Shown piece after piece: positions 18,932 through 33,296 of a stretch of 64,000 nt of DNA (position 1 is the first letter of the stretch; each line of letters begins with the position of its first letter). Made by a program: the position numbers and the translations under genes. This DNA comes from Patescibacteria group bacterium. Its GTDB lineage: Bacteria > Patescibacteriota > Patescibacteriia > SG8-24 > DYFX01. The notes under the pieces are model-generated. The model was not told where the DNA came from. It worked only from the letters and a program-made list of their open reading frames with translations, and ran no database searches. The stretch covers positions 245,453-309,452 of the forward strand of contig CP129476.1 of assembly GCA_030583805.1 (NCBI GenBank). The letters are read 5' to 3'.

Positions 18932-20935
18932 ATGCACCATCCCCGCTTCCTTCTGGCAATCGCTTCGCTGGGCCTCCTGGCGACCGTTTTGCCCGTTTCC
19001 GCCGCTTCCGGCGACGTTTCATCGATCGCCCTCCGCGACTTTAATCGCAACGGCAAGATCGACCGCGCCGTGATCACGTTCGCGAATCCGGGCGCAACCG
19101 CCTGGACCGTGCGCGGCACGTCTGGTCTCAGCGTAACCTACAAGGGTGAAACATTGGCGATTTCCGATGTGTTCGTAGCCTCCAGCGCCGATCCGGCCGT
19201 TCTTGAAGTCGTGCTGGATGAAAGCGACGCCCGCCTCGTCGTCGATACCGCCGCCGAGCACTTCGAAGTGATCTACGCGCAGGTCGGCGCCTCTCTGGGA
19301 GTCAGCAACGGCTCCGTCGAGCTCGCCGCCATTCCGAGCGGCGATGAAACCACGGCTCAAACAGAAATCGACCAAGCCGCGCCGATTCTGGTGTCCTCGA
19401 CGCCCGTGCCGGGCATGATCGAGTACTTGCGTACGGAGGACTTAACGCTGGTTTTCAGCGAGCCCGTCGTAAACGACAGTATCGCGGTTTCATCATCCGT
19501 TAACCCGGGCAGCTGGTTTTTGACCTCGATCGGCGACGGTCGCACCGTGACCGTACAGCACGACGCGTATCCACGCTCGGCGAACGAGACCTTCGGAGTT
19601 TCCGCCAAGGATTTTTCGGGCAACAATCTTGTGACAAACGCCTATCCGAATCCCTTCCCCTTCCAAACTTCGAATGACAGCTCGCCGAACACACGCATCG
19701 ATCCATTGTTCCTTCTTAGCTCCCCGCTCGCGCAAACAACCCTGCCGAGTGGAGAGCTCGCGCTTCTCGCCTGGTATTCGAACATGTCTTCAGCCGACAC
19801 TGTTCGGCTTTCCTACTCGCTCGACGCCGGACAGCATTGGCAGACAATTGCTTCGGTTCCCGCTTCCCAAAAAACGCACATGTGGATGCCACCGATCGCT
19901 TCGGGCACCTTGTGGCTGCGCGCCGAAGCGCTCGATACGAACGGCTCATACGTGAACCTCGCGACGGTCGGTCCGCTTTCCGTCACGGGCGGAACCGCGC
20001 CGACGGGCCTGCGCCTGCTTTCTGCCCCTGAACTCTCCCAACCGTCAGCAACGACGGCTTCCGCGCTTCTCCGACTCGACCGCGCGCCGTCGAGCGCTTC
20101 CTTCTCATGCAACGGCGGAGCCGTGACGGCTCCGGTGCTCGCGACCGGTGACCGGCCGGTGCGCCTCGCTGCTTCGCTTTCCGGCCTGGCTGACGGCACG
20201 ACGTACGCATGCGCCTTTGCGCTGACCGACGGCACGAACCCTCAACTTTCCTTGTCCGTACCGTCATTCGTCGCCGGCGAGGACGTCAAAGCCCCCGAGC
20301 TCACGGGACCTGCCGCCATCGACGCGTTCGACGCTTCGAACGGAAGCGCCCGCCTGACGTGGTCGACGAACGAAATCACGACGGCCACCGTAAGCTACGG
20401 CGCCTATCTGAACTACGGCGGTATGGCCGCGAGCCAGACGTTGGCAGCGACGCACAGCGTGCTGATGACGGGGCTTACGCCCGGCGCCATGCACCAAGCG
20501 CGTATCACCTCGATCGACGCAAAGGGCAACGCCAGCGTTTCCAAGGATTTCTACTTCGTCTTCCTGCGCGAGAACGACCTGATCAAAGGCTCCGGCCCGG
20601 CGGTCTATTGGTACAAGGGCGGCAAGCGCTACGCCTTCCCGAATCTGGACACCTACCGCTCCTGGTACGGCGACGACTTCTCGAAGGTCTTGCGCGTGCC
20701 GGACACGCAGCTCGGCACAATCATGCTCGGCGGCAACGTGACGATGAAAGCGGGCGTCTACATGATCAAGATCCAGTCCGATCCGAAAACGTACGCCGTC
20801 GAGGCGAACGGCGTGCTCCGCTGGATTCCGACCGAAGACCGCGCCCGTGCCCTCTACGGCGCCGCCTGGGCCACGCGCGTCCGCGACATCGATGTTAGCC
20901 TCTTCACCGACTACACGATCGGCGACCCGCTCTAA
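18932..20935 (+). CDS. secreted protein with Ig-like/fibronectin-III-like repeats
   Basis: Signal peptide (LLAIASLGLLATVLPVSAAS). Ser/Thr/Ala-rich beta-strand-type repeats. C-terminal conserved region. Confidence 0.6.
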   Translation: MHHPRFLLAIASLGLLATVLPVSAASGDVSSIALRDFNRNGKIDRAVITFANPGATAWTVRGTSGLSVTYKGETLAISDVFVASSADPAVLEVVLDESDARLVVDTAAEHFEVIYAQVGASLGVSNGSVELAAIPSGDETTAQTEIDQAAPILVSSTPVPGMIEYLRTEDLTLVFSEPVVNDSIAVSSSVNPGSWFLTSIGDGRTVTVQHDAYPRSANETFGVSAKDFSGNNLVTNAYPNPFPFQTSNDSSPNTRIDPLFLLSSPLAQTTLPSGELALLAWYSNMSSADTVRLSYSLDAGQHWQTIASVPASQKTHMWMPPIASGTLWLRAEALDTNGSYVNLATVGPLSVTGGTAPTGLRLLSAPELSQPSATTASALLRLDRAPSSASFSCNGGAVTAPVLATGDRPVRLAASLSGLADGTTYACAFALTDGTNPQLSLSVPSFVAGEDVKAPELTGPAAIDAFDASNGSARLTWSTNEITTATVSYGAYLNYGGMAASQTLAATHSVLMTGLTPGAMHQARITSIDAKGNASVSKDFYFVFLRENDLIKGSGPAVYWYKGGKRYAFPNLDTYRSWYGDDFSKVLRVPDTQLGTIMLGGNVTMKAGVYMIKIQSDPKTYAVEANGVLRWIPTEDRARALYGAAWATRVRDIDVSLFTDYTIGDPL

Positions 20936-20940
20936 GAGCA

Positions 20941-20974
20941 AAAAAATCCCCCGGCCTGCGTCGGGGGATTTTTT
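20941..20974. terminator. bidirectional rho-independent terminator
   Basis: AAAAAATCCCCCGGCctgcgtCGGGGGATTTTTT hairpin, flanked by A-run and T-run. It lies between convergent genes. Confidence 0.8.
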
Positions 20975-20980
20975 GTCGGA

Positions 20981-22222
<1,242 letters not shown>

Positions 22223-22250
22223 ACGAAACGTCAAAAAAATAACCCGGACT

Positions 22251-24044
22251 TCAATTGTGCAGACGTTTGGCGATTGCCTCGAGGCGTTTGGCGATGTGTG
22301 TTGACGCCGCGCGGTCTCCGCGCTGTTCAGCCTCGGCGAGGGCCCCGAGTAATTCCTTTTCCGTTTTCTTGACGGCGGATTTTTCAAGTTCCCGCGCGCA
22401 GACGGAAGCCTCTTCGGCCAATTGATCTTCGGTCCATTCCGGCATGTCGCGATCCATCAAAAGGAGGATCGGCTCGACGGCGGGGAGCGTCGGATCGGCC
22501 TGCCTGGCATTCGCGTACCAGGCAAAAAAAGGCGGTTCAAGGAGGGGGGCTTTTGCATTCTCAGTATAATACGCGGATAACAATTTGGCGAGGGTGCGGA
22601 GCTCGCCTTCCGGAATGCGGTCATCCAGGGCTGAAACATGCGCCTTGAACCGCTCGGGGTCGTGAAGCATGAGCGCCAGAAGCCGCGTCGCCAAGCGCTC
22701 CTCGCGGCTGTCGATTTTCGGGGCTTGCGGCCGTGGTTGCGGCTGCTTTTGAGCCGGTGCTGCGGCCGAAATGACGGCCGAACGAACCGCGTCGTCGCCC
22801 AAAGCGAGTCGTTGCGCCACCGCGTGAATCCAGTGATCGCGAAGCACCGGATCTTCGAGCAAAGCGAAAATTGGTTTCAGCGATTCAAGCGCCTTGCGTT
22901 TGCCGTACGGGTCCTTCAAATCGACGGTGCTGATGGCGCGTTCGACGGAGAACTCGATCATGTCTCGCGCTTCGCTGATCGCTTTGCGCCACAATTCCGG
23001 GTCCTTGCGGATCACTTCGTCGGGGTCTTTGAATCCCGGCGGCAGCACGACGACCATGACTTGCAGGCCGCTCTTCCAAGCGTGCGGCAGCGCGCGCGAA
23101 GCGGCGTTCTGCCCGGCGATGTCGGCGTCGAAGGCGAGCGCGAGGCGCGAGCAGTAGCGTTTCAAGACGTCGATCTGGTCTTCGGAGAACGCGGTGCCCG
23201 AAACCGCCACGACGTTTTTCACGCCCGCCTCATGCGAAGAAATCGCGTCCATGTTGCCTTCGACCAGCACCGCGAAGTCGGCTTTCTTGATTTGGTTCTT
23301 GGCGCGGTCAAGCGCGTAGACCAAGCGACGCTTCTTGTAGACGATCGTCTCCGGCGTGTTGACGTACTTCCCGGTTTTTTCCGCCTCGGCGCTGTCCGGC
23401 ATGATGCGTCCGGTGAAACCGACGACCGTGCCTTTTTCGTCACGGAGCGGAATCATGATGCGATCGCGGAAGCGATCGTAGTGGCTGCGGTTCTTGTCGC
23501 TCGGAATCGCGAGTCCGGCCGCGACGAGCTTGTCCATCGGGTGGCTCTTGCCGGCGAGCGCCTTGACCATCGCGTCCCAGCTTGCAGGCGCGTAACCGAT
23601 GCGGAATTCCGCGAGCGTTTCCTCCTTCACGCCGCGCTTGGCCAGGTACGCGCGGGCGCGGTCTCCCGTGGGCGCGTGCTTGAGCGCCGCCTCAAAGAAG
23701 CGTGCCGCGTCTTCCAAGGCGGCCAGGACGGCTGCGCGCTCGGAATCGGCCTGCGGGTCGAACTCGGGCAGCTGGACGCCGGCGCGCCGCGCCAGCTCCT
23801 TCAAGGCGTCGCGGAAGTCCACGTTTTCCATCTTCTGATAGAAGGTGTAGACGTCTCCGCCTTCGCCGCAGCCGAAACAGTGCCAGAATTGCTTGTCGCG
23901 ATGCGCGTAAAAACTGGGGGTTTTTTCCCCATGAAACGGGCAGAGGCCGCGCAGCGATTGGCCGCCGGCGGGCTGCAGGCGGACGTATTCGCCGACCACG
24001 TCGATCAGGTCGGTTTTTTGCTTTACCTCTTCGGAAGCGGTCAT
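22251..24044 (-). CDS. dnaG: DNA primase DnaG
   Basis: Zinc-binding [11 protein letters not shown]...CFGCGxGGD, Toprim (EGNMD), and a C-terminal helicase-interaction domain. The start was placed at MTASEEVK. Classic dnaG-rpoD operon. Confidence 0.9.
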   Translation of the reverse strand: MTASEEVKQKTDLIDVVGEYVRLQPAGGQSLRGLCPFHGEKTPSFYAHRDKQFWHCFGCGEGGDVYTFYQKMENVDFRDALKELARRAGVQLPEFDPQADSERAAVLAALEDAARFFEAALKHAPTGDRARAYLAKRGVKEETLAEFRIGYAPASWDAMVKALAGKSHPMDKLVAAGLAIPSDKNRSHYDRFRDRIMIPLRDEKGTVVGFTGRIMPDSAEAEKTGKYVNTPETIVYKKRRLVYALDRAKNQIKKADFAVLVEGNMDAISSHEAGVKNVVAVSGTAFSEDQIDVLKRYCSRLALAFDADIAGQNAASRALPHAWKSGLQVMVVVLPPGFKDPDEVIRKDPELWRKAISEARDMIEFSVERAISTVDLKDPYGKRKALESLKPIFALLEDPVLRDHWIHAVAQRLALGDDAVRSAVISAAAPAQKQPQPRPQAPKIDSREERLATRLLALMLHDPERFKAHVSALDDRIPEGELRTLAKLLSAYYTENAKAPLLEPPFFAWYANARQADPTLPAVEPILLLMDRDMPEWTEDQLAEEASVCARELEKSAVKKTEKELLGALAEAEQRGDRAASTHIAKRLEAIAKRLHN

Positions 24045-24161
24045 GGCTCCACCATAGCGTTCTCTTGACTTTTCACGCAAATCTGCATCTTTCGTGCCAC
24101 CCCTCGGATCTTGCTTTTCTGGCGTCGTTACGTTAGACTGAGCCGGTAAATCCACCGGCCC

Positions 24162-24249
24162 GGAGGGGTCGCATAGTGGTCGAGTGCGCTCGCTTGGAAA
24201 GCGAGTATACCGCAAGGTATCAGGAGTTCGAATCTCCTCCCCTCCGCCA
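24162..24249 (+). tRNA. tRNA-Ser (anticodon GGA) with long variable arm
   Basis: Acceptor GGAGGGG/CCCCTCC, anticodon loop TTGGAAA, long extra arm, T-loop AGTTCGAATCT, encoded CCA. Confidence 0.85.
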
Positions 24250-24255
24250 GAAAAC

Positions 24256-24280
24256 GCCTGGACGTCGTCCGGGCTTTTTC
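24256..24280 (+). terminator. rho-independent terminator after tRNA-Ser
   Basis: GCCTGGACG-t-CGTCCGGGC hairpin followed by TTTTT. Confidence 0.5.
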
Positions 24281-24306
24281 TTATGCTAGATCGGCGAGGA
24301 GGTCTC

Positions 24307-24543
24307 ATGCGCTCATTCGGCACTCCGCCCGATCCGGAGCACGCGTGGCAGGAAGGCATGACCGTTCAGACGCTGGAGTTCATCAGCGAAGCCGAGCGAG
24401 TCATCGCGACGAACACCTTGTCCGAGAAAGAGGTCTACGTCTTGCGCGCCAAGATCGACCGGCTGAAGGACGGCCAGGAATCGCTCGACGAATCGGACAC
24501 CTTCGACGAGTGGCTCGAACAGCTCCGCCATCATCACCCCTGA
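24307..24543 (+). CDS. small hypothetical acidic protein
   Basis: 78-aa ORF downstream of the tRNA-Ser. Coding status is uncertain. Confidence 0.3.
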   Translation: MRSFGTPPDPEHAWQEGMTVQTLEFISEAERVIATNTLSEKEVYVLRAKIDRLKDGQESLDESDTFDEWLEQLRHHHP

Positions 24544-24570
24544 GGGTGATTTTCTTTTTAAAAAACCGCC

Positions 24571-24804
24571 CTAGCAGGGGCGGACGAGCGCGAAGCGCGG
24601 GCCTTCGTAGTTGTGCTCGGGCTTCACGACGTGCTCCGCAAAGGCGGCCGAAGGCCGAACGAGCCTGGCGTAGGGCGCATAGAGCGCCATGTACGCCACA
24701 GAGAGCGTACCGTCATTCGGCGACAAGAACTCGCCAAAGACCTTGTACATGTTGCCGCCTTTGAAATGGCGGTAGATCCCCGGAGGCACCGTGAAGGCGG
24801 GCAT
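24571..24804 (-). CDS. DUF1653-like small protein
   Basis: 77 aa with GIYRHFKGGNMYKV...YMALYAPYARLVRP, matching the DUF1653 YRHYKG signature. The start was trimmed to MPAFTV to avoid a large overlap with lgt. Confidence 0.45.
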   Translation of the reverse strand: MPAFTVPPGIYRHFKGGNMYKVFGEFLSPNDGTLSVAYMALYAPYARLVRPSAAFAEHVVKPEHNYEGPRFALVRPC

Positions 24805-24910
24805 GACGAGGCGCGACCAGTCGCTCAGGACCGCCCTCAAGCTCGTAGCGAGCAGTTGCGGATACGGTTCGTAGAGCAGCGTCAGCGGATAGTGCAGCCT
24901 TCGCGTTTCG

Positions 24911-25723
24911 CTATGGATGAACTCGCCCAGGCTCAGGCACGATCTCCCGTTCTCCGTGATGACTCTCATCGCTGAAACCTCCCGTTCGGATGCGACGCAT
25001 AAGATAGCACCCGGCGGCAAAAAGCGCTATGGAACCGTATTGGCCCGGCGTCAATCCGAAATACCGCACGTCGATCGCGCGCAGGAAATCGAGCGCAAAA
25101 CGCACGGGACCGTAGACGAGCATGAACAGCGCGAAAAAGAATCCGTCCGCGCGCGGCTTGCGCATCAAGAGCAGGAACGCGCCGAACAAGAGAAAGTCAA
25201 AGACGCCGAGCAGGAGTCCGAGATCATAACGCGCGCCGTCGGGGTAGCGCACCGCGAACCATTCCCCCGCTCCATAGGCCAGGGTGCCTGGATGATCGTG
25301 AATCAGGAAACAGCCGATCCGCCCGCAACCTAAGCCGAGCGTCGTGGCGGTCACGAGTACATCCGCGGTTTTCATGAGCGGAAACGGCTTCGCGCGCATG
25401 TGCCAGAAGAAAGAGGCGGCCGCGCCGAGAAAGCCTCCGAACGACGATAGACCGCCTTGCCAGACCTTGAACAGGTCGGCGGGATGGCTCAGGAAATATC
25501 CCGGCTCGTAGGCAACAGCATGGAGAAGCCGCGCTCCGAGAAACGACCAGACGACCATCCAAAGAATCATCGACTCGAAACGCGCCATATCGAAACCGAG
25601 ACGCTTCGCTTGGCGCATCGCGAAGAGGGACGCTGCCACGACGCCGAGCGCCGCAAAAAAGCCCCAAACCCTGAGCGTCAGGGGCCCGAGCGCGACGGTG
25701 TGCCATTCGAAATACGGAATCAC
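24911..25723 (-). CDS. lgt: prolipoprotein diacylglyceryl transferase
   Basis: Polytopic membrane protein. Lgt signature region GCGRIGCFLIHDHPG (G-R-x-G-N-F-type motif). Conserved H and Y positions. Confidence 0.7.
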   Translation of the reverse strand: MIPYFEWHTVALGPLTLRVWGFFAALGVVAASLFAMRQAKRLGFDMARFESMILWMVVWSFLGARLLHAVAYEPGYFLSHPADLFKVWQGGLSSFGGFLGAAASFFWHMRAKPFPLMKTADVLVTATTLGLGCGRIGCFLIHDHPGTLAYGAGEWFAVRYPDGARYDLGLLLGVFDFLLFGAFLLLMRKPRADGFFFALFMLVYGPVRFALDFLRAIDVRYFGLTPGQYGSIALFAAGCYLMRRIRTGGFSDESHHGEREIVPEPGRVHP

Positions 25724-26181
25724 AGCAGGTGGAGCGTATGCAGCGCTTCTTTGAAGTCTTTGACCGCGCGCTTGGCCATGCCCGGATCGAGATAAAACGA
25801 GGCCTCGTGCGCCAGCGAGTTGCGCAGGCGATGGGCGTTCCAGACATTCCTGATCTTGGGGTACTTGTAGGCGGCGTATTTCAGGCGCTCGCCGAGCGTC
25901 TTGCCGGGCATCGCCATCGCCTTGAGCGCATGGTCAAGCAGCTTGTCGGCTTCCATGACGGCGATCTTCAAATGCATTTCGCCGCCGGATTCGAGCATGC
26001 GCTCGATCTCTGTCCAGCGAGCCTGGATCGCTTTTCGGTCCATGCCTTCGAGCCGATTGCTCGCGAACAGGCGGCGCACAAAGCTCCAGACGGCGCGTAC
26101 GATGAACAAGACGAAGATGAGTCCGATCAACGCCAAAACGAATTTTCCGAGGCTGGCGATGTCGATCGTGAAACTCAGCAT
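25720..26181 (-). CDS. hypothetical membrane-anchored protein
   Basis: N-terminal TM helix. Overlaps the lgt start (ATGA coupling). Confidence 0.45.
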   Translation of the reverse strand: MLSFTIDIASLGKFVLALIGLIFVLFIVRAVWSFVRRLFASNRLEGMDRKAIQARWTEIERMLESGGEMHLKIAVMEADKLLDHALKAMAMPGKTLGERLKYAAYKYPKIRNVWNAHRLRNSLAHEASFYLDPGMAKRAVKDFKEALHTLHLL

Positions 26182-26196
26182 ACGCGCGCTCGACGG

Positions 26197-26790
26197 TTAC
26201 GCTTTTTCCTTGCGGGGTTTTCGGATCCAGCGCACGCGCGCCGGCAGATCGGTTTTCGACCAGGAAATCTTAAGGTCGCCGCCTTTATGGGACGCGGCCA
26301 CGGCCTTACCCATGCTGACCGCCGTCTGGTTTACCGTCGTCGTCACGACAACGCGCGCGCCGCGATCATCGATCGCGACCACGCGGTCCTCCGGATCGCG
26401 ACGAAGCTGCCTCTTCGCGAAATTGCGGATCGTCGCCAGGATTTCCGCCTTTTCTTTCACGTCGTCCAGGCCGTCCAGAATAAGCTGGCCTTCGTAACGC
26501 GCTTGTTTCGGATCTCTCGGGCCGTGCACGGCCACGTGGCATTCATGACAGAGCATCGTCTTCTTTGCGCCCTTCGCAGCCTTCTTCTTGGCACGGAGCA
26601 TCGCCGCAAGGCCCGGCGCCGTGTGCCAGTGCCCGTCGTACCAGACAGCGTCGCAACGGTCGCAAAGTTGCGCCGAAGACATCTTGCGGCCTTCGTGGTT
26701 CCACCAGCCTTTGAGTTCGCGCTGGATTTTCGACTTCGTCAACGGCTTCTTCTGGGCTCTGGAGGGCGTGTACGTCTTTTTTGCAGGCAT
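26197..26790 (-). CDS. zinc-ribbon protein of unknown function
   Basis: Basic N-terminus. Two cysteine pairs, CDRC...CHEC. C-terminal beta-rich domain. Confidence 0.4.
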   Translation of the reverse strand: MPAKKTYTPSRAQKKPLTKSKIQRELKGWWNHEGRKMSSAQLCDRCDAVWYDGHWHTAPGLAAMLRAKKKAAKGAKKTMLCHECHVAVHGPRDPKQARYEGQLILDGLDDVKEKAEILATIRNFAKRQLRRDPEDRVVAIDDRGARVVVTTTVNQTAVSMGKAVAASHKGGDLKISWSKTDLPARVRWIRKPRKEKA

Positions 26791-26843
26791 AGTAATGGTG
26801 ATTCCGCTTCAGTATAGCAGAAAACGCCCCTGCCAGGGCGTTT

Positions 26844-28301
26844 TCAGAGCATCGGCTGCTTGGCGTGCCAGTCCGTCACCTCTTGGTACCGGGAAGCGGC
26901 GTCGAGCACGAGCGCATCTTCAAATTGACGCCCGATGAGCTGCAGGCCGACGGGCATGTCGCGCACGAAACCGCAGGGCACGGACACGGCCGGCGCGCCG
27001 ACGACGTTGACGGTCACGGTGTAGATATCCGTGAGATACATGGCGATGGGATCTTCGAACTTTTCCCCGAGATCCCAGGCGACCGATGGGGCTGTCGGCG
27101 ACAGAAGCAGATCGACGTCTTGCATGAGCGCGTCAAACTCGGCCTTCATCTTGGCACGCACTTTTTGCGCCTGGAGATAGTAGGCGTCGTACCAGCCGGA
27201 GGAGAGCGCGTGCGCTCCGAGCATGATGCGGCGGCGCACTTCCTTACCGAAGCCTTCGCCGCGCGACGCGAAATACGTTTCTTTCAAAGACGGCGTCGGA
27301 ACGGACAAGCCGTAGCGCATACCGTCGTAACGGGAGAGGTTGGCGCTGACTTCGCACGGCATGATGACATAGTAGACCGGCAGGCCGTATTTGGCGGACG
27401 GGAATTTCACGTCCACGAGTTCCGCGCCGAGCTTCTCAAGCTCTTTCGCGGCGGTCATGACGCGCTCGCGAACTTCCGGATCCATGCCCTCGGAAAAAAA
27501 TTCTTCCGGAAGGCCGACGCGGAGACCCTTCAAGCCATCACCCTCCCGCTTGCGCGGGACGTATCTCGACGTTTCAGCGCTGGTGGAGTCGAGAGGATCT
27601 TTGCCCTCGATCGCTTCCAAGAGCAGCTTGGCGTCTTCCGCCGTGCGTCCGAACGTGCCGATCTGGTCGAGGGAGGAGGCCATCGACAAAAGGCCGTATC
27701 GCGAAACGCGGCCGTAGGTCGGCTTGAAGCCCGTAACGCCGCACATGGCGGCCGGTTGGCGGATCGAGCCGCCGGTATCGGAACCGAGCGCGCCCAAGCA
27801 CATGCCGGACGCGAGCGCTGCGGCGGAACCGCCTGAGGAACCGCCCGGGATTTTCGTGAGGTTCCAGGGGTTGCGCGTCACGCCATAGGCGGACGTTTCC
27901 GTGGAAGAACCCATCGCGAATTCGTCGAGATTGGTTTTTGCCAAAATAACCGCGCCCGCCGCCTTCAGCTTCGCGACGGCCGTGGCGTCAAACGGCGACT
28001 CGTAGTTTTCAAGAATTTTTGAAGCGGCCGTCGTGCGACTGCCGAGGAGCTGCATGTTGTCTTTGACCATGACCGGCACGCCATCGAGCGGCCCAAGCGC
28101 CTCGCCGGCCGCCAAACGCCGGTCCGAGGCTTTGGCATCTTGAAGCGCCTGAGCATCAAGCACCTGAAGCGTGGCGTGCACCTGCGACTCGACCGCGCGC
28201 AAACGTTCAAGACACGCTCCCGTAAGTTCGAGGCTGGTGAACGATTTTGCGCGAAGGCCTTTCGAAGCCTCGGCGATGGTGAGCGCGTACAACTTGTTCA
28301 T
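26844..28301 (-). CDS. gatA: Glu-tRNA(Gln) amidotransferase subunit A
   Basis: Amidase signature (GGSSGGSAAALA), and KDNMQLLGSRTTAASKIL. Confidence 0.9.
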   Translation of the reverse strand: MNKLYALTIAEASKGLRAKSFTSLELTGACLERLRAVESQVHATLQVLDAQALQDAKASDRRLAAGEALGPLDGVPVMVKDNMQLLGSRTTAASKILENYESPFDATAVAKLKAAGAVILAKTNLDEFAMGSSTETSAYGVTRNPWNLTKIPGGSSGGSAAALASGMCLGALGSDTGGSIRQPAAMCGVTGFKPTYGRVSRYGLLSMASSLDQIGTFGRTAEDAKLLLEAIEGKDPLDSTSAETSRYVPRKREGDGLKGLRVGLPEEFFSEGMDPEVRERVMTAAKELEKLGAELVDVKFPSAKYGLPVYYVIMPCEVSANLSRYDGMRYGLSVPTPSLKETYFASRGEGFGKEVRRRIMLGAHALSSGWYDAYYLQAQKVRAKMKAEFDALMQDVDLLLSPTAPSVAWDLGEKFEDPIAMYLTDIYTVTVNVVGAPAVSVPCGFVRDMPVGLQLIGRQFEDALVLDAASRYQEVTDWHAKQPML

Positions 28302-28302
28302 A

Positions 28303-28596
28303 TCACCGGAAGACAGCCTTGACCTTCACTGCGTCGCCTTCGCGCTCCGGAGCGGCGTTCAAAAGAGCCTCACGCACCTCGGTGGGCGTCGTCTTCACTT
28401 CGTCGGCGCGCAGGACGTTGCTCACGCCGGCGATATGCGCGGCCGGCTCGATCCCCCGCACGTCGACTTCCGAAAGCTGGCCCACGTACTCCAAAACGGA
28501 CGAAAGCTGAGCCCGAAAGGTCTCGATTTCGTCTTCAGCCAGCTTGAGATGCGCCAGGTTGGCGATTTTCAGGATTTCTTCGCGGGAAAGGCTCAT
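28303..28596 (-). CDS. gatC: Glu-tRNA(Gln) amidotransferase subunit C
   Basis: About 97 aa. Typical GatC sequence (SREEILKIANLAHLKL...EVDVRGIEP). Sits immediately upstream of gatA. Confidence 0.85.
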   Translation of the reverse strand: MSLSREEILKIANLAHLKLAEDEIETFRAQLSSVLEYVGQLSEVDVRGIEPAAHIAGVSNVLRADEVKTTPTEVREALLNAAPEREGDAVKVKAVFR

Positions 28597-28597
28597 A

Positions 28598-31512
<2,915 letters not shown>

Positions 31513-31523
<11 letters not shown>

Positions 31524-32118
31524 AGGCGCGTGAAGTGACGGTTGTCTGAGCGTTCATCGTGAAGACGTCTTGCGGTTTCGGTCCGGTCGTTCGCACTTGC
31601 AGCGCGATCGTAACCGTCGGCTGGGCGTTCGCCTTGTACAGGCCGCTTCCTGCGTCGATGCTGAAGGGATCGTTGCCTGGCGAAATGTAGAACACGAGCT
31701 TTTCAAGCACGACGCCGGTCGACGTCAGGCTCTGTGCGGTGCCGTTCACGCGGACGGCCAGGCAGCGCGACACGCCTGAGGAACATACGGTCGGATTCGT
31801 TTCGGAATAGAACTCAAGCTGGTTGCCGGAAGCGCTTTGCAAAAGAAGACGCGACGCCGGAAGCGTGATGCCGCCCTGCGCGTTTTCGTATGTCGCGTAA
31901 TCGATTTGCCCGCCCCGCACTTCGCGCACGATCGCTTCCATGACGAATCGCAAATCCGCCTGCGCCGCCGTCAGCGCCAATACGCGCCGTTGCGCCTGGT
32001 TGCTCAGCAAGAAAATGCCGGACGTGACCGTGACAGTCATGCTGAAAATGCCCATCACGACCAAGATTTCCATGAGCGTGAGGCCGCGCTTATCTCCAAT
32101 CATACAATCGTTCTTCAA
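31513..32118 (-). CDS. type IV minor pilin/pseudopilin
   Basis: Prepilin class III signal (KRGLTLMEILVVMGIF). Confidence 0.6.
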
Positions 32119-32731
32119 CGGTCAAAATGCGGAAATTCCCGCCGACGGACTGATAGCGGACGTGTGAAGCGACCGCCAATCCCACGAGCTGCTCGGAAAC
32201 CAGGCAGGTCGACGTGTCCGCCACGATGCGCTCGACCCCCGTCGAAAGATCGCGGCAAAGGTGCTGGATGCCGACCGCGCGGCTGTACGGGGTCACCGTG
32301 CTGCCGGGCGGCTGGGTGTCGGCCTGCACGAACGCCCCGCTCGTGGTCAGGTACACGGCGGAGTTCGGGTTCGAAAACGACGTCGCCGCGAACGAAAGCG
32401 ACCAGGTACCGTCCTCCAGATCAAGGATCGGCCGCGCCGTCTTGTTGCCGCTGCCGTCGATCAAGCCGACTTGAAAGCTTTGGCTGCGCAACCAGTTGGA
32501 GTCGCGGACGGATCGCACCACCTCGAGTCCCTCGCGCGCCAAATTCGCGGCTACGATTTGAGCGCCGCCGATGCGCGATGCGGTAATCGAAGACTGCACG
32601 AGCGCCAAAGCGCTGGCGATCGACGTGATCAGCACCGTAATCGCCACCATCGCTTCGATGAAGGATTGGCCGCGCGACGCTTTTCTAGTCGTGTTCGATT
32701 TTTCCCGAGAGGGTGAAGATGTTGACATGCC
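32090..32731 (-). CDS. type IV minor pilin-like protein
   Basis: GQSFIEAMVAITVLITSIA prepilin-like N-terminal helix. The start is uncertain. Confidence 0.45.
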   Translation of the reverse strand, partial: GMSTSSPSREKSNTTRKASRGQSFIEAMVAITVLITSIASALALVQSSITASRIGGAQIVAANLAREGLEVVRSVRDSNWLRSQSFQVGLIDGSGNKTARPILDLEDGTWSLSFAATSFSNPNSAVYLTTSGAFVQADTQPPGSTVTPYSRAVGIQHLCRDLSTGVERIVADTSTCLVSEQLVGLAVASHVRYQSVGGNFRILTVEERLYDWR

Positions 32732-33296
32732 GGGTCGTGGTTCCGAATTGGTGGCCGAGCGTGAGCGTGACGATGGGCGTTCCGGACGAAGAGCCGTTGA
32801 CGTACACCTGGCCGTACGGCGGCGTATAGACGAGATCAAGCGGGGTGCCCGCGCTCGCCGCAGTCAGCCGCACGTTGTTTCCCACCACATACGGCGATGC
32901 TTCGAGCTCCTCTCCGACATCGTACCTCCAATCGCCATCCGTGTCGTAAAAAAGCAGGTAACTCGTGTCAGGCGACGTCGTGAAACGAATCCCGTATCCC
33001 GTCGGCACGCGGCGCTGACACACCGCGCCCGCGCACGTCACGGGAGGATTCTTCGGCTCGCACACATGCAAATTGAAGCTGCCGCCGCTGCAGACGGAAA
33101 CGAGCCTCCCCGACAACGACGACGTCTGCACGGAGCGGATCTGATCGACGAGAATTTCCGAAGCGAGCCGGACTTCCGTGCTGCGCTGGCCGCCTCGGAA
33201 GTTCGCCATCATCATGCCGGTAATCACGCCGATAATCGAAATCGAAAGAAGCAGCTCGACGAGCGTGAATCCCCTAGTACCCAAGGAGCGAGGCAT
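32685..33296 (-). CDS. type IV pilin-like protein
   Basis: RGFTLVELLLSISIIGV prepilin N-terminus. Confidence 0.65.
   Translation of the reverse strand: MPRSLGTRGFTLVELLLSISIIGVITGMMMANFRGGQRSTEVRLASEILVDQIRSVQTSSLSGRLVSVCSGGSFNLHVCEPKNPPVTCAGAVCQRRVPTGYGIRFTTSPDTSYLLFYDTDGDWRYDVGEELEASPYVVGNNVRLTAASAGTPLDLVYTPPYGQVYVNGSSSGTPIVTLTLGHQFGTTTRHVNIFTLSGKIEHD

Noticed and set aside
24805-25020. N-terminal extension of the DUF1653 ORF, containing an HSET-like motif
   Set aside because: It would overlap the lgt 3' end by over 100 bp. The DUF1653 family is about 70 aa, so the shorter start was preferred and the motif is likely coincidental.
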